Assembly: GCA_963695345.1 (NCBI GenBank)
Contig: OY968769.1
Coordinates: forward strand, 2,016,001-2,080,000
DNA: 64,000 nucleotides
Direction of reading: 5' to 3'
Source of the DNA: an uncultured Methanomassiliicoccales archaeon
GTDB lineage: Archaea; Thermoplasmatota; Thermoplasmata; Methanomassiliicoccales; UBA472
This document shows, piece by piece, positions 11,395 through 22,262 of the stretch. The position numbers were made by a program, and so were the translations under genes. The notes under the pieces are model-generated. The model worked only from the letters and a program-made list of their open reading frames with translations, was not told where the DNA came from and did no database searches. Numbering within the stretch: position 1 is the stretch's first letter; the number at the start of each line of letters is the position of its first letter.

Positions 11395-12752
11395 TCAGCA
11401 GCGTTCCCCGGATAGTGATGGCCGGAGAGAGAAGCGGAGTGGGAAAATCGACCATCACCGTCGGGATCCTGCTGGCCCTGAAAGCCCGGGGCCTGGTCGC
11501 CCAGCCGTTCAAGGTGGGTCCGGACTTCCTCGACCCGATGCACCATTCCATCCTGATGGACAGGAAATCCCGGAACCTCGACACCTGGATGTTCCCGGGG
11601 GCGGTGAAGGAACTGTTCGTCCGCAGCAGTCAGGGTGCGGACATTGCCGTGGTCGAGGGCGTCATGGGCATGTACGACGGATTCGATGGCCGGTCCGAGG
11701 AGGGAAGCACGGCCCATCTGGCCAAGACGCTCGATGCGCCGGTGATCCTGGTGCTGGATGCCCATGCCTCGGCTCGCAGTCTCGGAGCGGTCGCCCTCGG
11801 TTTCCAGGAGTACGACAGGAATGTGAACGTGGCGGCGGTAATATTCAACAATGTGGCAGGGGAACGGCACCTGGAGATGCTGGAAGCTTCGCTCAGGGGT
11901 GTGGAATCGCTCGGCGGGGTGCTCACGGTGGAGAAAGCTTCCCTGAGCAGCAGGCATTTGGGGCTGGTGCCGGCAGAGGAGGATTTCGACCCTACCCGAT
12001 ATGACGAGATACGCAAGATGGTGGAGAGCCGGATCGACATCGACCGGCTGCTCGAGATAGCCAAGACGGCGGGACCGGTGGAAGCGACGAACGGCGACCT
12101 GTTCCCTGGAAAGAAGGAGGTGGCCACGATCGGAGTGGCCAGGGACTCTGCCTTCAACTTCTACTACGAGGACAATCTGGATATCCTGCGTTCGCATGGC
12201 GCGCGCATCGAGTTCTTCTCACCCATGACCGGGGAGATTCCCGACGTGGACGGACTGTATTTCGGCGGCGGCTATCCGGAATTGTTCGCCCAGGGGCTGG
12301 CGTCAAGCGCTAGCGTTCGGGAGAAGGTGAAACGGTTATCGGATGACGGAATGGCCATCTATGCCGAATGCGGCGGGATGATGTACGCCTGCAAGACGCT
12401 CCGCACACTGGACGGGAACGACCACCGCATGACCGGGATATTCGACGCCCGGGTGGAGATGACCGCAAAGCTTCAGGCGCTGGGATATGTGGAAGCGAAG
12501 GTCGTCAAGGATTGCGTGCTCTCGCCCAAGGGCGGCATGGCCAAGGGACACGTGTTCCATTATTCGCACATCACCGACACCACGGAGACCGAGTTCGCCT
12601 ACGACCTGAACAAGCAGAAAGGGATATCGAAGAGCTTGGACGGATTCGTGCGGGACAACTCGCTGGCATCCTACACGCACCTGCACTTCGGATCGTGCCC
12701 CGACTTCGCGGACAACTTCGTCAGGGCCTGCGCCGGTTATCGCCACCGCTAG
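11391..12752 (+). CDS. cbiA: Cobyrinate a,c-diamide synthase
   Basis: SGVGKST, FKVGPDFLDP, EGVMGMYDG, RHLGL, GGGYPE, ECGG and SYTHLHF motifs. Confidence 0.93.
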   Translation: MISSVPRIVMAGERSGVGKSTITVGILLALKARGLVAQPFKVGPDFLDPMHHSILMDRKSRNLDTWMFPGAVKELFVRSSQGADIAVVEGVMGMYDGFDGRSEEGSTAHLAKTLDAPVILVLDAHASARSLGAVALGFQEYDRNVNVAAVIFNNVAGERHLEMLEASLRGVESLGGVLTVEKASLSSRHLGLVPAEEDFDPTRYDEIRKMVESRIDIDRLLEIAKTAGPVEATNGDLFPGKKEVATIGVARDSAFNFYYEDNLDILRSHGARIEFFSPMTGEIPDVDGLYFGGGYPELFAQGLASSASVREKVKRLSDDGMAIYAECGGMMYACKTLRTLDGNDHRMTGIFDARVEMTAKLQALGYVEAKVVKDCVLSPKGGMAKGHVFHYSHITDTTETEFAYDLNKQKGISKSLDGFVRDNSLASYTHLHFGSCPDFADNFVRACAGYRHR

Positions 12753-12802
12753 GGGGTAGGCTTTGATGCCGGGAACGTCCGGTCAGCGAAGTGTCGAAGG
12801 AC

Positions 12803-13549
12803 CTATTTCTTCGCTCTTCCCTGGGAGGCGACGCCGGCCATCGCCTTTTCCACCTCTTCCTGGTCACCGAGGTAGTAATGCCTCAGCGGCTTCAGATCAT
12901 CGTCCAGCTCGTACACCAGTGGGACGCCGGTCGGAATATTGAGGTTGACGATCTCGTCGTCGGGTACCTGGTCCAGGTATTTCACGAGAGCCCTGATGCT
13001 GTTGCCGTGGGCGGCGATGATCACCCTCCTGCCTTGGAGGAGCTGGGGGGACACGGTCCCTTCCCAGTACGGAACGAATCTGGCGACGGTGTCCTTGAGG
13101 CATTCGGTCAAGGGAACATCCCCGTCGATATCGGCGTATCTGGGGTCGTTGACGGAGCTGCGGACGTCGCCCGGTTCCAGTGCCGGGGGGCAGACATCAT
13201 AGCTGCGGCGCCAGACCAGCACCTGCTGGTCCCCGAACTTCTCGGCCATCTCCGCCTTGTTCAATCCTTGGAGGGCACCGTAATGCCTTTCGTTCAGACG
13301 CCAGGATTTTTGCTGCGGTATCCACATCAGCTTCATGTCGTCCAGGACTAGCCAGAGGGTGCGTATCGCCCGGGTGAGCACGGAGGTATAGGCCATGTCG
13401 AATGTGTATCCGTTCTCGATGAGCAATTTGGCGGCCCGGTGGGCTTCGCTGACGCCCTTATCAGATAGGTCGACGTCGGTCCAACCGGTGAACTTGTTCT
13501 CCTTGTTCCAGACGCTCTCTCCGTGCCTCAGCAGGACGACCTTGATCAA
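12803..13549 (-). CDS. gpmA: 2,3-bisphosphoglycerate-dependent phosphoglycerate mutase
   Basis: [26 protein letters not shown] and AHGNSIRAL motifs. Confidence 0.96.
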   Translation of the reverse strand: MIKVVLLRHGESVWNKENKFTGWTDVDLSDKGVSEAHRAAKLLIENGYTFDMAYTSVLTRAIRTLWLVLDDMKLMWIPQQKSWRLNERHYGALQGLNKAEMAEKFGDQQVLVWRRSYDVCPPALEPGDVRSSVNDPRYADIDGDVPLTECLKDTVARFVPYWEGTVSPQLLQGRRVIIAAHGNSIRALVKYLDQVPDDEIVNLNIPTGVPLVYELDDDLKPLRHYYLGDQEEVEKAMAGVASQGRAKK

Positions 13550-13682
13550 ACCATTGCCCCCGAACCGAATCCTAGATGCGCGACCGTTAAATGAACTTTC
13601 CCGAGGTCGAAGGTTCGGAATAAAAATGTATAGTATGAAGTTAGGTTTCTATATATCCCTTCGACATATGTCAGTGTCCTAG

Positions 13683-16600
13683 GTGGTATGTGTGGGCATC
13701 AGTCCTCTAAACCCAACCAATAAATTGCTTGTTATTGTGGCTGTGATTGTTGCTGCCGGTCTCGTCATTGCCGGGGCATTTGTGCTTTTTCCCGGAAAAG
13801 GGTCGGATAATGCGGACCAAAACCCAGGAGTGGGTTCGGTCAAGGTCACATCAGCGTTATCCAAGACAAACATCAGCCTCGGTGAATCGATCATAGATTC
13901 GGCAACGGTCCCTGGCGTAGGGAACGGTACCGCGGCTCCAACAGGAACGGTAACCTTCCAGGTGAAAATAGGATCTGGACAATGGACCGCTTTTGATACC
14001 GAGACGCTGACGGCCAATGGCGCCGATGGCATAGCGAATTCCTCTGCATACAAACCGCTATCTGTGGACACATACATCTTCCGCGTGACTTACAGCGGAG
14101 ACAGTGTCTATCCCAACTCGACCAGCACGGAAGTGACCCTGAACATCTTGACGGGCCTTTACGCAACCTCCGTCACTCCATCTCTCTCCCAATCAACCAT
14201 TAGCCTGGGCCAATCGGTCACGCAGAACGTGACCGTCGAGGGCCTGGGCGCCACCTTCCCGGTCCCCCTGGGATCGGTCACCTTCGAGGTCAAGATCGGC
14301 ACCGGGTCCTGGACGGCCTATGACACAAAGAACCTCACCGCCAGCGGATCCAACGGTGTAGCTACCTCAATCCAGTACACCGCATCGGCCTCTGGTTCAC
14401 ACTACTTCAGGGCACTGTACCTGGGTGACGACAACTACATGGCCGCCCAAAGCGGCGATGACGCGGCACCCCTGACCGTCAACCTCGGCCTGGGCTCGCT
14501 TACCAACGTGCTCTCGAGTTCGACCATCGGTCTCGGTGAATCGGTCAATGACACCGTGACCGTCCCCGGTCCGGGAGCAAGCTTCCCGGCGCCCAGCGGC
14601 TCGGTCACCTTCCAGGTGAAGTTCGGTTCCGGCGCATGGACCACATACGACACCAAGACACTCTCGACCAGCGGGATCAATGGAACTGCAAATTCCACGA
14701 CCTACACACCCATGGCGGTCGGCACGTATTACTTCCGTGTGATATACGCCGGCGACGCTAACAATCAGCCGTCTCAGACCGCTGACAACGCCGCAACCCT
14801 GACCGTCAACCCGGGACAGGGCGCGAGCCCAGTCTCGATGGTGCTGTCGCAGACCACCATCACCATCGGCAGCTCGGTCACCGGCTCGGTGACCGTCCCC
14901 GGCATCGGGGCTAGCTTCCCCGCGCCAACCGGCTCGGTGGAGTTCCAGGTAAGAGGGAGCGGAGGGAATTGGACCACGTACGACACCAAGACCCTGACCG
15001 CCAACGGTAACGACGCGGTGGCCACCTCAGTGGCCTACTCACCGGTTTTCGTTGACTCCTACTATTTCAGGGCGGTCTATCTGGGAAACAGCAACTACGC
15101 GGTCTCCCACAGCGCTGACAACGGTTCGTTATTGACCGTTAACCCGGGAGAGGGCCTGACAACGATCACATCGGTGCTCTCCCAATCGACCATCACCTTC
15201 GGGGACTCGGTCACCGCATCAGTGACGGTCCAGAGCCTGAGCGGCTCCCCGATCCCTACTGGCCTGATCAGGTTCCAGGAAAAGGTCGGAGCTGGAGAAT
15301 GGACCACCTATGACACCGAGACCCTGTCCGCCAGCGGCACAATGGCCGTGGCCAGTTCGACCCATGCGCCTACCATGGCCGGATCGCACTACCTCAGGGC
15401 GGTCTACCTCGGGGATGCCTACTACGCGTCCTCCCAGACCGACGACAACGCCGAGCCCCTGATGGTCAACCCGGCTCAGGGCGGGGCCCCGACCACTGTA
15501 TTGTCGAAGACGACCGTCAACCTGGGCGAATCAGTCACCGATTCGGTGACCATACCCAGCATCGGCGTCAACCTCCCCGCACCCACCGGCTCTGTGGAGT
15601 TCCAGGTCAAGATCGGTTCCGGAGCATGGACCACCTACGACACCAAGACCCTGACCGCCAGCGGATCCAACGGGACTGCGACCTCGGCCTCATACATGCC
15701 GTTGAACCTCGGTCTCTACAGCTTCAGGGCGAAATACCTGGGTGACAGCAACTATCTGGTATCCCAGAGCGCTGACGACGCCGATCAATTGACCGTCAAC
15801 CCGGGACAGGGCGCGGGCCCAATGACCAACTCCGTCCCGGAGACGATAGGTCTTGGAAGTCCAGTAACCAACACGGTGACGGTTCCAGGCCTGAGCCAAT
15901 CCTCACCTGTGCCGACTGGTACCATAACGTTCCAGGTCAAGGTCGGTTCCGGAACATGGACCACCTACGACACCAAGACCCTGACCGCCATCGGCTATAA
16001 CGGAAGTGCGATAGCGGCATCCTATCTGCCGTTGAACCTCGGCTCGTACAGCTTCCGGTCCAACTACAGCGGCGATGCCAACTATCTCCCGGCACAGACC
16101 GCCGACGACGCAGCGGTCCTGACCGTTGTCCCCGGCAGTGGAGGTCAGATAATCGTTGTCGTATCGCCATCGACCATCAACCTGGGGGATTCGGTCACCT
16201 GCACGGCCACCGTGTTCGGGATCGGGTCCAGCTTCCCGGTGCCTACAGGAACGGTCCAGTTCCAGATCAAGAACCTTGATGGCCCATGGACCACCTTCAG
16301 CACCAAGACGCTGATCACCAGCGGCAACGACGGAGTGGCCACATCGGTCACCTACAAACCCACCGGCGGCTCGTACTACTTCAGGGTCCTGTACGCAGGT
16401 GACGCGAACTATGCGGCTGGACAGAGCAATGACACCGCCACTCACTTGACCATCAACCTCGTTGAAGTGAACACGCCGGTGCTGACGCTTCCCAGGGATA
16501 CGGTCCTGTACGGCTACAATGTCTCCCTCACCGTGAACATCCCTAAGGTCCCAACCTACCCGGTGCCGACCGGGATGGTCGAGTTCCAGTACAAATCGAG

Positions 16601-17426
16601 CACGGGAGCGTGGACCACCTACGATACCAAGAAGCTGGCCGCCACTGGAACCAGTGCAACCGCCTGGGCAGATCCATTCTCCCCGATGCTGGTCGACACA
16701 TACACCTTCCGGGCATTGTATCTGGGTGACTGGAACTATACCTCCGGACAAAGTGCGGAGAGCTCCGCCTTGACCGTCATCAAGGCGAAGACCTACACCG
16801 AGACAGCGCTTGGCGTAACCAACATCAGGCTGGGCCAGTCCGTCAGGGACAATGTCACCGTCTGGGGCATCAACGGCTCCGCCATAGTACCAACCGGCAC
16901 GGTCAGCTTCTATGTGAAGAACGGCAGCGGGGCGTGGACGCTCTATGATGAGAACGTGGCCCTGGTGGACAGGACAGCGATGTCCCGGTGGTACACTCCA
17001 ATGGAGGCGGCAGCCGATTTCAAGTTCCAGGCCATTTACAGCGGCGACTCGAACTTCAACGGCTCGGCCAGCTGCCCATGGTCTGAACCATTGAACGTCA
17101 TGGTCGCTAGGTCCCAGACCAGCATCACCATTGGACCGGTCGAGGGCAATCTAGGCCAGTCCTGGACACTGAACGCGACGGTAGCGGGTCTCGGCGGATC
17201 GTATCCCGCATTGACCGGAACCGTCACCTTCCAGTGGCAGCTGAACTGGACCGGTCCATGGACGGACATAACCACGGGAGCGACATTGGTTAACGGCGTC
17301 GCGGTCTCATCATGGTTCACGCCAACGGTGCAAGGAGTGTACATCCTGCGGGTGCTGTACAGCGGCGACGAGAACTATGACAACTCGAGTGCGGCCGTAG
17401 CCCTTAACTTCCATACGCCGGTGTGA
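13683..17426 (+). CDS. N-terminally anchored surface protein with about 11 Ig-like repeats
   Basis: N-terminal TM helix; ~110-aa repeats of the form P-TG-V-FQVK...WTTYDTKTL...YYFRA-Y-GD-NY; Thr/Ser-rich with many N-glycosylation sequons. Confidence 0.88.
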   Translation: MVCVGISPLNPTNKLLVIVAVIVAAGLVIAGAFVLFPGKGSDNADQNPGVGSVKVTSALSKTNISLGESIIDSATVPGVGNGTAAPTGTVTFQVKIGSGQWTAFDTETLTANGADGIANSSAYKPLSVDTYIFRVTYSGDSVYPNSTSTEVTLNILTGLYATSVTPSLSQSTISLGQSVTQNVTVEGLGATFPVPLGSVTFEVKIGTGSWTAYDTKNLTASGSNGVATSIQYTASASGSHYFRALYLGDDNYMAAQSGDDAAPLTVNLGLGSLTNVLSSSTIGLGESVNDTVTVPGPGASFPAPSGSVTFQVKFGSGAWTTYDTKTLSTSGINGTANSTTYTPMAVGTYYFRVIYAGDANNQPSQTADNAATLTVNPGQGASPVSMVLSQTTITIGSSVTGSVTVPGIGASFPAPTGSVEFQVRGSGGNWTTYDTKTLTANGNDAVATSVAYSPVFVDSYYFRAVYLGNSNYAVSHSADNGSLLTVNPGEGLTTITSVLSQSTITFGDSVTASVTVQSLSGSPIPTGLIRFQEKVGAGEWTTYDTETLSASGTMAVASSTHAPTMAGSHYLRAVYLGDAYYASSQTDDNAEPLMVNPAQGGAPTTVLSKTTVNLGESVTDSVTIPSIGVNLPAPTGSVEFQVKIGSGAWTTYDTKTLTASGSNGTATSASYMPLNLGLYSFRAKYLGDSNYLVSQSADDADQLTVNPGQGAGPMTNSVPETIGLGSPVTNTVTVPGLSQSSPVPTGTITFQVKVGSGTWTTYDTKTLTAIGYNGSAIAASYLPLNLGSYSFRSNYSGDANYLPAQTADDAAVLTVVPGSGGQIIVVVSPSTINLGDSVTCTATVFGIGSSFPVPTGTVQFQIKNLDGPWTTFSTKTLITSGNDGVATSVTYKPTGGSYYFRVLYAGDANYAAGQSNDTATHLTINLVEVNTPVLTLPRDTVLYGYNVSLTVNIPKVPTYPVPTGMVEFQYKSSTGAWTTYDTKKLAATGTSATAWADPFSPMLVDTYTFRALYLGDWNYTSGQSAESSALTVIKAKTYTETALGVTNIRLGQSVRDNVTVWGINGSAIVPTGTVSFYVKNGSGAWTLYDENVALVDRTAMSRWYTPMEAAADFKFQAIYSGDSNFNGSASCPWSEPLNVMVARSQTSITIGPVEGNLGQSWTLNATVAGLGGSYPALTGTVTFQWQLNWTGPWTDITTGATLVNGVAVSSWFTPTVQGVYILRVLYSGDENYDNSSAAVALNFHTPV

Positions 17427-17782
17427 GGAACACGGTCCAGGCCGAGGATCAAACCTTTTAAACGATCTCTAGTGGCTGGGTGCGGATCTATGCCGCGCCC
17501 AGCAACTATCCTTTTTCTTATTCACATCCGACCCGATCCGAGTCACAACGATCTTTCTTCATCGCGACCGTTCCCGGCACTTTGCACCAATTGTCAACCG
17601 GGATGAAACGCAGAACGTCTTCAGTGACCGCCACTTACCATCCTGATCATATGATCCCTCAATCACAGCATTCCTGGAAATTTCGGTGTCAGGAACAAGT
17701 CCACGACATGGATCAGATCTGGTCCGTATGGATCACTGAAAATCAAGGAAAGAAAAAGGTAAGAGAGGGGACCTGCCCCCGC

Positions 17783-18457
17783 TCACATCAGTTTGTTGCC
17801 GCACTCGCCGCAGAAACGGGTTCCCGAGGCGTTCTTGGCGCCGCACTTCTGGCACACCGTCATTCCCAGCGGCTGGCCGCAGTTGTTGCAGAACTTGCCT
17901 GAGCCGGCCGGTTTCCCGCACTTAGGGCACATGGTCTGTCGCTGATCGATCTCCCCGGTGAACACCTGGGTGCTCTGGGCCTTCAGCTCGATGTCCGCTT
18001 TCATCTTCGCGGCCCGGGCGGCGGCCACTTCCACCGATTCGCGGGGGGCGTCGTTTATGCAGAGCTGGGCTTCCTCGTTCCAGTCATTGTCGCATACCCA
18101 TTGATGACATTTCGGGCAGCGTTTGAACTGCCCCTGGGCCTCATGCATGGTCAGCTCCAGCGCCGCCTGATGCTCCTTATGCCATTCCGGGGACATGCCT
18201 TCGAATCTCTCACCCAGGGCGCTGCTCCCGGTTTGCATGGCAGACCCAACGCGATAATTCCCGGTGATCGAACCGACCGCACCAGCGGCCTGGCCTAGAC
18301 CACGCAGAAACCCCTTTTTCTTGTGGGTCTGGGACTCCACGAACCGGGACTTGTAGCCCTCATTGCAGATATCGCAATGGAAGGTGAACTCGAACCCGGC
18401 CTCAGTGCTATTGTCATCATAGTTGCTTACGAACGCGATCATCTTACCGTTGGTCAT
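17783..18457 (-). CDS. Zinc-ribbon protein (N-terminal Cys pairs, Gly-rich helix, C-terminal double zinc ribbon)
   Basis: CDIC, CPKCHQWVC, CPKCG..FCNNCG and CQKCG..FCGECG; ATGA overlap with upstream gene. Confidence 0.82.
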   Translation of the reverse strand: MTNGKMIAFVSNYDDNSTEAGFEFTFHCDICNEGYKSRFVESQTHKKKGFLRGLGQAAGAVGSITGNYRVGSAMQTGSSALGERFEGMSPEWHKEHQAALELTMHEAQGQFKRCPKCHQWVCDNDWNEEAQLCINDAPRESVEVAAARAAKMKADIELKAQSTQVFTGEIDQRQTMCPKCGKPAGSGKFCNNCGQPLGMTVCQKCGAKNASGTRFCGECGNKLM

Positions 18458-18789
18458 GTCTTTCCCCCTGAGAGTGGTTTCTTGCATTTTATGCAATTCT
18501 TGTTGATAAAGGATTGTTCCGCCCCGCACTTAGGGCATGCGATCGTTAGCCTCTGGCCGCAAGCATCACAGTAATCCCCCAGGAACGTGGGCTTCCCGCA
18601 CTTCGGGCATATGGCGCGCAGGGACTGGCCACACTGGGGGCAGGACACCCAACCGTGTTCTATGGGGGCACGGCACTTCGCGCACCGTTCCTTGTCCAGA
18701 GGGTTCACCCTCCCGCACTTCGGGCACGCCACCGAGTCCGGGGGGATTATTTCGTTGCAGTACTTGCAGGGCAGAGAATATCCAGGCAT
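18454..18789 (-). CDS. Double zinc ribbon (DZR) protein
   Basis: Eight CxxC pairs in 111 aa. Confidence 0.85.
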   Translation of the reverse strand: MPGYSLPCKYCNEIIPPDSVACPKCGRVNPLDKERCAKCRAPIEHGWVSCPQCGQSLRAICPKCGKPTFLGDYCDACGQRLTIACPKCGAEQSFINKNCIKCKKPLSGGKT

Positions 18790-18866
18790 GATCTACCGAT
18801 CCTTCTCGAACAACCTATCTGGGGGACATTACCCATTCCGGAATTAATATACTTGCGCCGATCGGC

Positions 18867-20168
18867 TCATCCGGAACCTTCCGGGTCCGACCCTTTCCAT
18901 CTCTCTGAATCGGACCTCGCGCTCACATTGAACTTCAGCAGGTCATCGATATCCTGGGAATATTTTTCCTCGGAAACGTGGCTGACCCGGCCGATGAACC
19001 TCTCGCGCAGATCCCTCAAGCCCGGAAGCGCCAGTATCGCGTAGCGGTAGTTGTCATGCGCCCCGTCGATCAACGCTGCATCATCCAAGTATATCGGTTC
19101 CCGGCGGAAATTGATCTCGGTCAGGGCATCCGACGTCCGCCCGATGACCGATTCGGCCATCTTCCTTCTTTCCGGTCCCGGGAGCTCAGCGTACTCCGCC
19201 CTTCCGGCGATGCGGAAGAAGTACGTCGCCCTGGCGCTGTCAGTTCCGCTGGCCTCGAACGCGATGGCGTTTCCCGGCGCGGTCGGATCATCGGAGACCA
19301 TCGGTATCAGCATCCATATGTAATCCCCGGTGACCCCGTCCATCAGCCCGTGCTTGAAACCGAACCGGGTCATCTCCCTCCTGCCCTTGCCGATCAATAT
19401 CCGGTAAGAGCCGGGAAGCTCCACGTCCAGCCTTTTCTCCAGCTGCTCCAGGAAATCTGGTGCCATGAAGGTAAGCTCGGCCAGGCCGGCCGCCTTGCCC
19501 TCCCGCATCATTACCGACAGTTGGGAGAGCTCATCCTCGGAGATGCCTGGATGGATCGTCTTGATGATATTCCGGGCCCGGAGCTTCATTTCCGCCACCT
19601 GGTCCGATATCGCCTTAAGCAGGGGTTCATGCTCTTTGCCCAGCATGCGGATGGAAACCCGGTTGCCGTTCTCCTCCGAGATATCGATGGTATAATTGTT
19701 CGATGAGATGGACCCGATATCGGAATAGCGGAACCTCGCCATCCTGGACATTTCAGGAACGACGATCAGCGCGGTCTCGTAGAGCCGGATCTCCGCCCTG
19801 CCTTCGTACGGCGGGACCACCGGGCCGCCCCTGATGATCACCTCGGCCTTTACCGCCGGGCTCTTCGGGCTCTCGTAGACCAGCGAATCGGATATCAACG
19901 TTTCGTTCCTGGCCTTGTGCACCTCGCGGAGCACATCCTCGTAGCGGTATCCCATGTTGAACAGCATGAGCGAACCGGAGGATGTGCCGATCTCGATGCG
20001 GTAGTCACCCGCCTTCAGCCACTCCATGTCCCTGACCGAGATCGAGGATACGACGGAGGAATTGCCTTGAACGGAAATGCTGTCCTTTCCGATGGTTACC
20101 TTCCCCTCATCCACGAGGTCGACCTTTCCATCGGGCCCAGCGTGCGAGAACTTGACCATTGATTCCAT
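18867..20168 (-). CDS. Hypothetical protein with tandem PH-like repeat
   Basis: Long ORF; internal repeat DYRIEIGTSSG..LMLFNMG..YEDVL / NYTIDISEENG..VSIRMLG..HEPLL; TATA-like box ~27 nt upstream of ATG 20168. Confidence 0.7.
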   Translation of the reverse strand: MESMVKFSHAGPDGKVDLVDEGKVTIGKDSISVQGNSSVVSSISVRDMEWLKAGDYRIEIGTSSGSLMLFNMGYRYEDVLREVHKARNETLISDSLVYESPKSPAVKAEVIIRGGPVVPPYEGRAEIRLYETALIVVPEMSRMARFRYSDIGSISSNNYTIDISEENGNRVSIRMLGKEHEPLLKAISDQVAEMKLRARNIIKTIHPGISEDELSQLSVMMREGKAAGLAELTFMAPDFLEQLEKRLDVELPGSYRILIGKGRREMTRFGFKHGLMDGVTGDYIWMLIPMVSDDPTAPGNAIAFEASGTDSARATYFFRIAGRAEYAELPGPERRKMAESVIGRTSDALTEINFRREPIYLDDAALIDGAHDNYRYAILALPGLRDLRERFIGRVSHVSEEKYSQDIDDLLKFNVSARSDSERWKGSDPEGSG

Positions 20169-20422
20169 GCGGGAAATATCAATGACCTGGAGCGTATATA
20201 ATCCTCTCCGTTCAGGGGTATAAGTTGGAAAAGATGAAGAGGCCCGATCGGTCCGTCCAGGATCAGCGGATCGAATGTGCCGTACATCATGCGGTTCCCC
20301 CCGACAAGGATCGACGGAGACGCCTGGACATCCATACCGATCGAGGTCACCGAATCCCTTTGGAGAGTGCCGGAGGCAGCCGGATGGGGGAATGGCCAGG
20401 GAATAGGATCGCACGGCAGCGA

Positions 20423-21901
20423 TCAGGATTGAACGAATGAACCGCTTGGTACGTGCATGACGAATTGAACGCCCTTCCCTTCCGTTCCCGATTCGACGAT
20501 CGTTATGCCGGTTATGCTCAGGATCTCGCGCACCAAGTAAAGTCCCAGGCCGGTGTGCTTTCCATATCCCAGCTCAAAAATCCTTTCCTTCTCCGATGAC
20601 GGTACGCCGATTCCGTCATCCTCGAAATAGACCAAAAGCCCGTCTTCCGCCAGTGTCGAACGCACCCGTATGTTCCTCACCCTCTCCCCGTGACGTATCG
20701 AGTTGTCCATGAGGTTGAGGAATACCTTCTCCAGCATCCGGTCGGCGAATATCTGGAGCTCGCCGGTCTCGATCTGGACCTTGACCTCCTTGGCGTCGAC
20801 GATGACCATCCCGCGGTGGCACGATTCCCGGACACTTATCAATGATGGCGCCTGGGTGCCCATGAGCTGATAGTCCTTGGAGAAGGAAAGTATGGTGGCG
20901 ATGTTCTCTCCGGACTCCATGGACTTCTTCAGGTATCTGATGAGGGGTGACTTCGGGTCCTTCATCAGGGCGATCTCCAGGTTGCCCATCAACACCGAAA
21001 GCTGGTTGACGGTATCGTGCCGGGTGACCGTCCCCAGAAGATTCAGCTTCTTGTTGGCCATCAGGATCGCCGTTTGCATGCGTTTCTGTTCCGTTATGTC
21101 CTCGATATAGACCGCGACCATGCGTTTTCCCAGGATGACCAGGGGCGCAGTGGTGATCCTGAGATTGAACTTGATCCGGTTGGTGCCCCGCCTTTCCTCC
21201 TGTTCCACCTCGGCATTCTTGATGCCCACCTCCGTCATGAAGGTCGTTTCCAGAGCCCTCCTTATAGCGCAGGTCTTGCAGAAGAGCGAATAGCCACAGC
21301 CTTCCGGTTCATCCGTCGAATGAATGCAATGGACCGCCTCCCCCATCCTTTTGCCAACTATGATCGGCGTGTCTTCCCCGATGAACCTGGCCATCGCGCT
21401 ATTGACCATGATCACGTCAAGCCCCTCATTGATGAGGGTTATCATGGTGGGAGAGTTCTCGAATATGGCCAGAAGGTCTGCCCTGCTTTCTCTCAGCTGG
21501 ACCTCCATTTTGGCCCTCAGGACCGACTGATAGATCATACTACCTAATTCTGCAAAGTGCAGGTGCTGGTTCCCGGTCTTGGGCATGTAGAAGTTCGCAC
21601 CGTTCTCGAGCGCCTCGACCGCGGTCTCCTCATCTCCCCCGTCGGTAAGCAGAATGAACGGGATCTTGATCCCCTTGGAACGCATTTCCTTGAGCAAGAG
21701 AATGCTGTCCAGGTCATTGGCGGTGGCATCGGACACGACCGCATCATAACCGCCCTCCAGGATCATCCTGAAAGCATCCGTATCGGTCATTGCCAGATCA
21801 AGTTCGTATTCGTCCCCCATGTCCTTCGATGACTTCAACAGGTTCCAGTAATTCTCATCGGTGACGAAGAGCGCTTTGATCCTATCATCCATGGATGGCA
21901 T
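20423..21901 (-). CDS. Hybrid sensor kinase (receiver-PAS-HisKA-HATPase)
   Basis: Receiver (VVSD, FILLT, FYMPK), PAS domain, TRHDTVNQL, NLMDNSIRHG, DDGIG and GLGL motifs. Confidence 0.92.
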   Translation of the reverse strand: MPSMDDRIKALFVTDENYWNLLKSSKDMGDEYELDLAMTDTDAFRMILEGGYDAVVSDATANDLDSILLLKEMRSKGIKIPFILLTDGGDEETAVEALENGANFYMPKTGNQHLHFAELGSMIYQSVLRAKMEVQLRESRADLLAIFENSPTMITLINEGLDVIMVNSAMARFIGEDTPIIVGKRMGEAVHCIHSTDEPEGCGYSLFCKTCAIRRALETTFMTEVGIKNAEVEQEERRGTNRIKFNLRITTAPLVILGKRMVAVYIEDITEQKRMQTAILMANKKLNLLGTVTRHDTVNQLSVLMGNLEIALMKDPKSPLIRYLKKSMESGENIATILSFSKDYQLMGTQAPSLISVRESCHRGMVIVDAKEVKVQIETGELQIFADRMLEKVFLNLMDNSIRHGERVRNIRVRSTLAEDGLLVYFEDDGIGVPSSEKERIFELGYGKHTGLGLYLVREILSITGITIVESGTEGKGVQFVMHVPSGSFVQS

Positions 21902-22262
21902 TGCTGAGAAGAATCAACGGCATATGAGTATTTCAAAGGCCGAGGGCCGGCTATCAATTACCCAAATCGGTAATCGGAATAAAAATCTGCGGTATTTTCG
22001 TTTCAAGAAATGAAAATATGTCGTATTGCGGTCAGAGATGATGTCAGCCATCCTTGACCGCTTTACGAACGGAGATAGAACTTGAAATGATAAAAGGTCG
22101 ATATGATATTTAATGATTATCAAGAAAAATAACAGTCATAACCAACGGGGGACACAGGAATAGCGGGCGGTTCGGTGCAACGAACACCTGCCGACGAAGG
22201 TAGACGCTGAAGATGCAAAAGAAGAATTACTCGTTGATCAAACTATCTTTGGGTGCCGGAAA

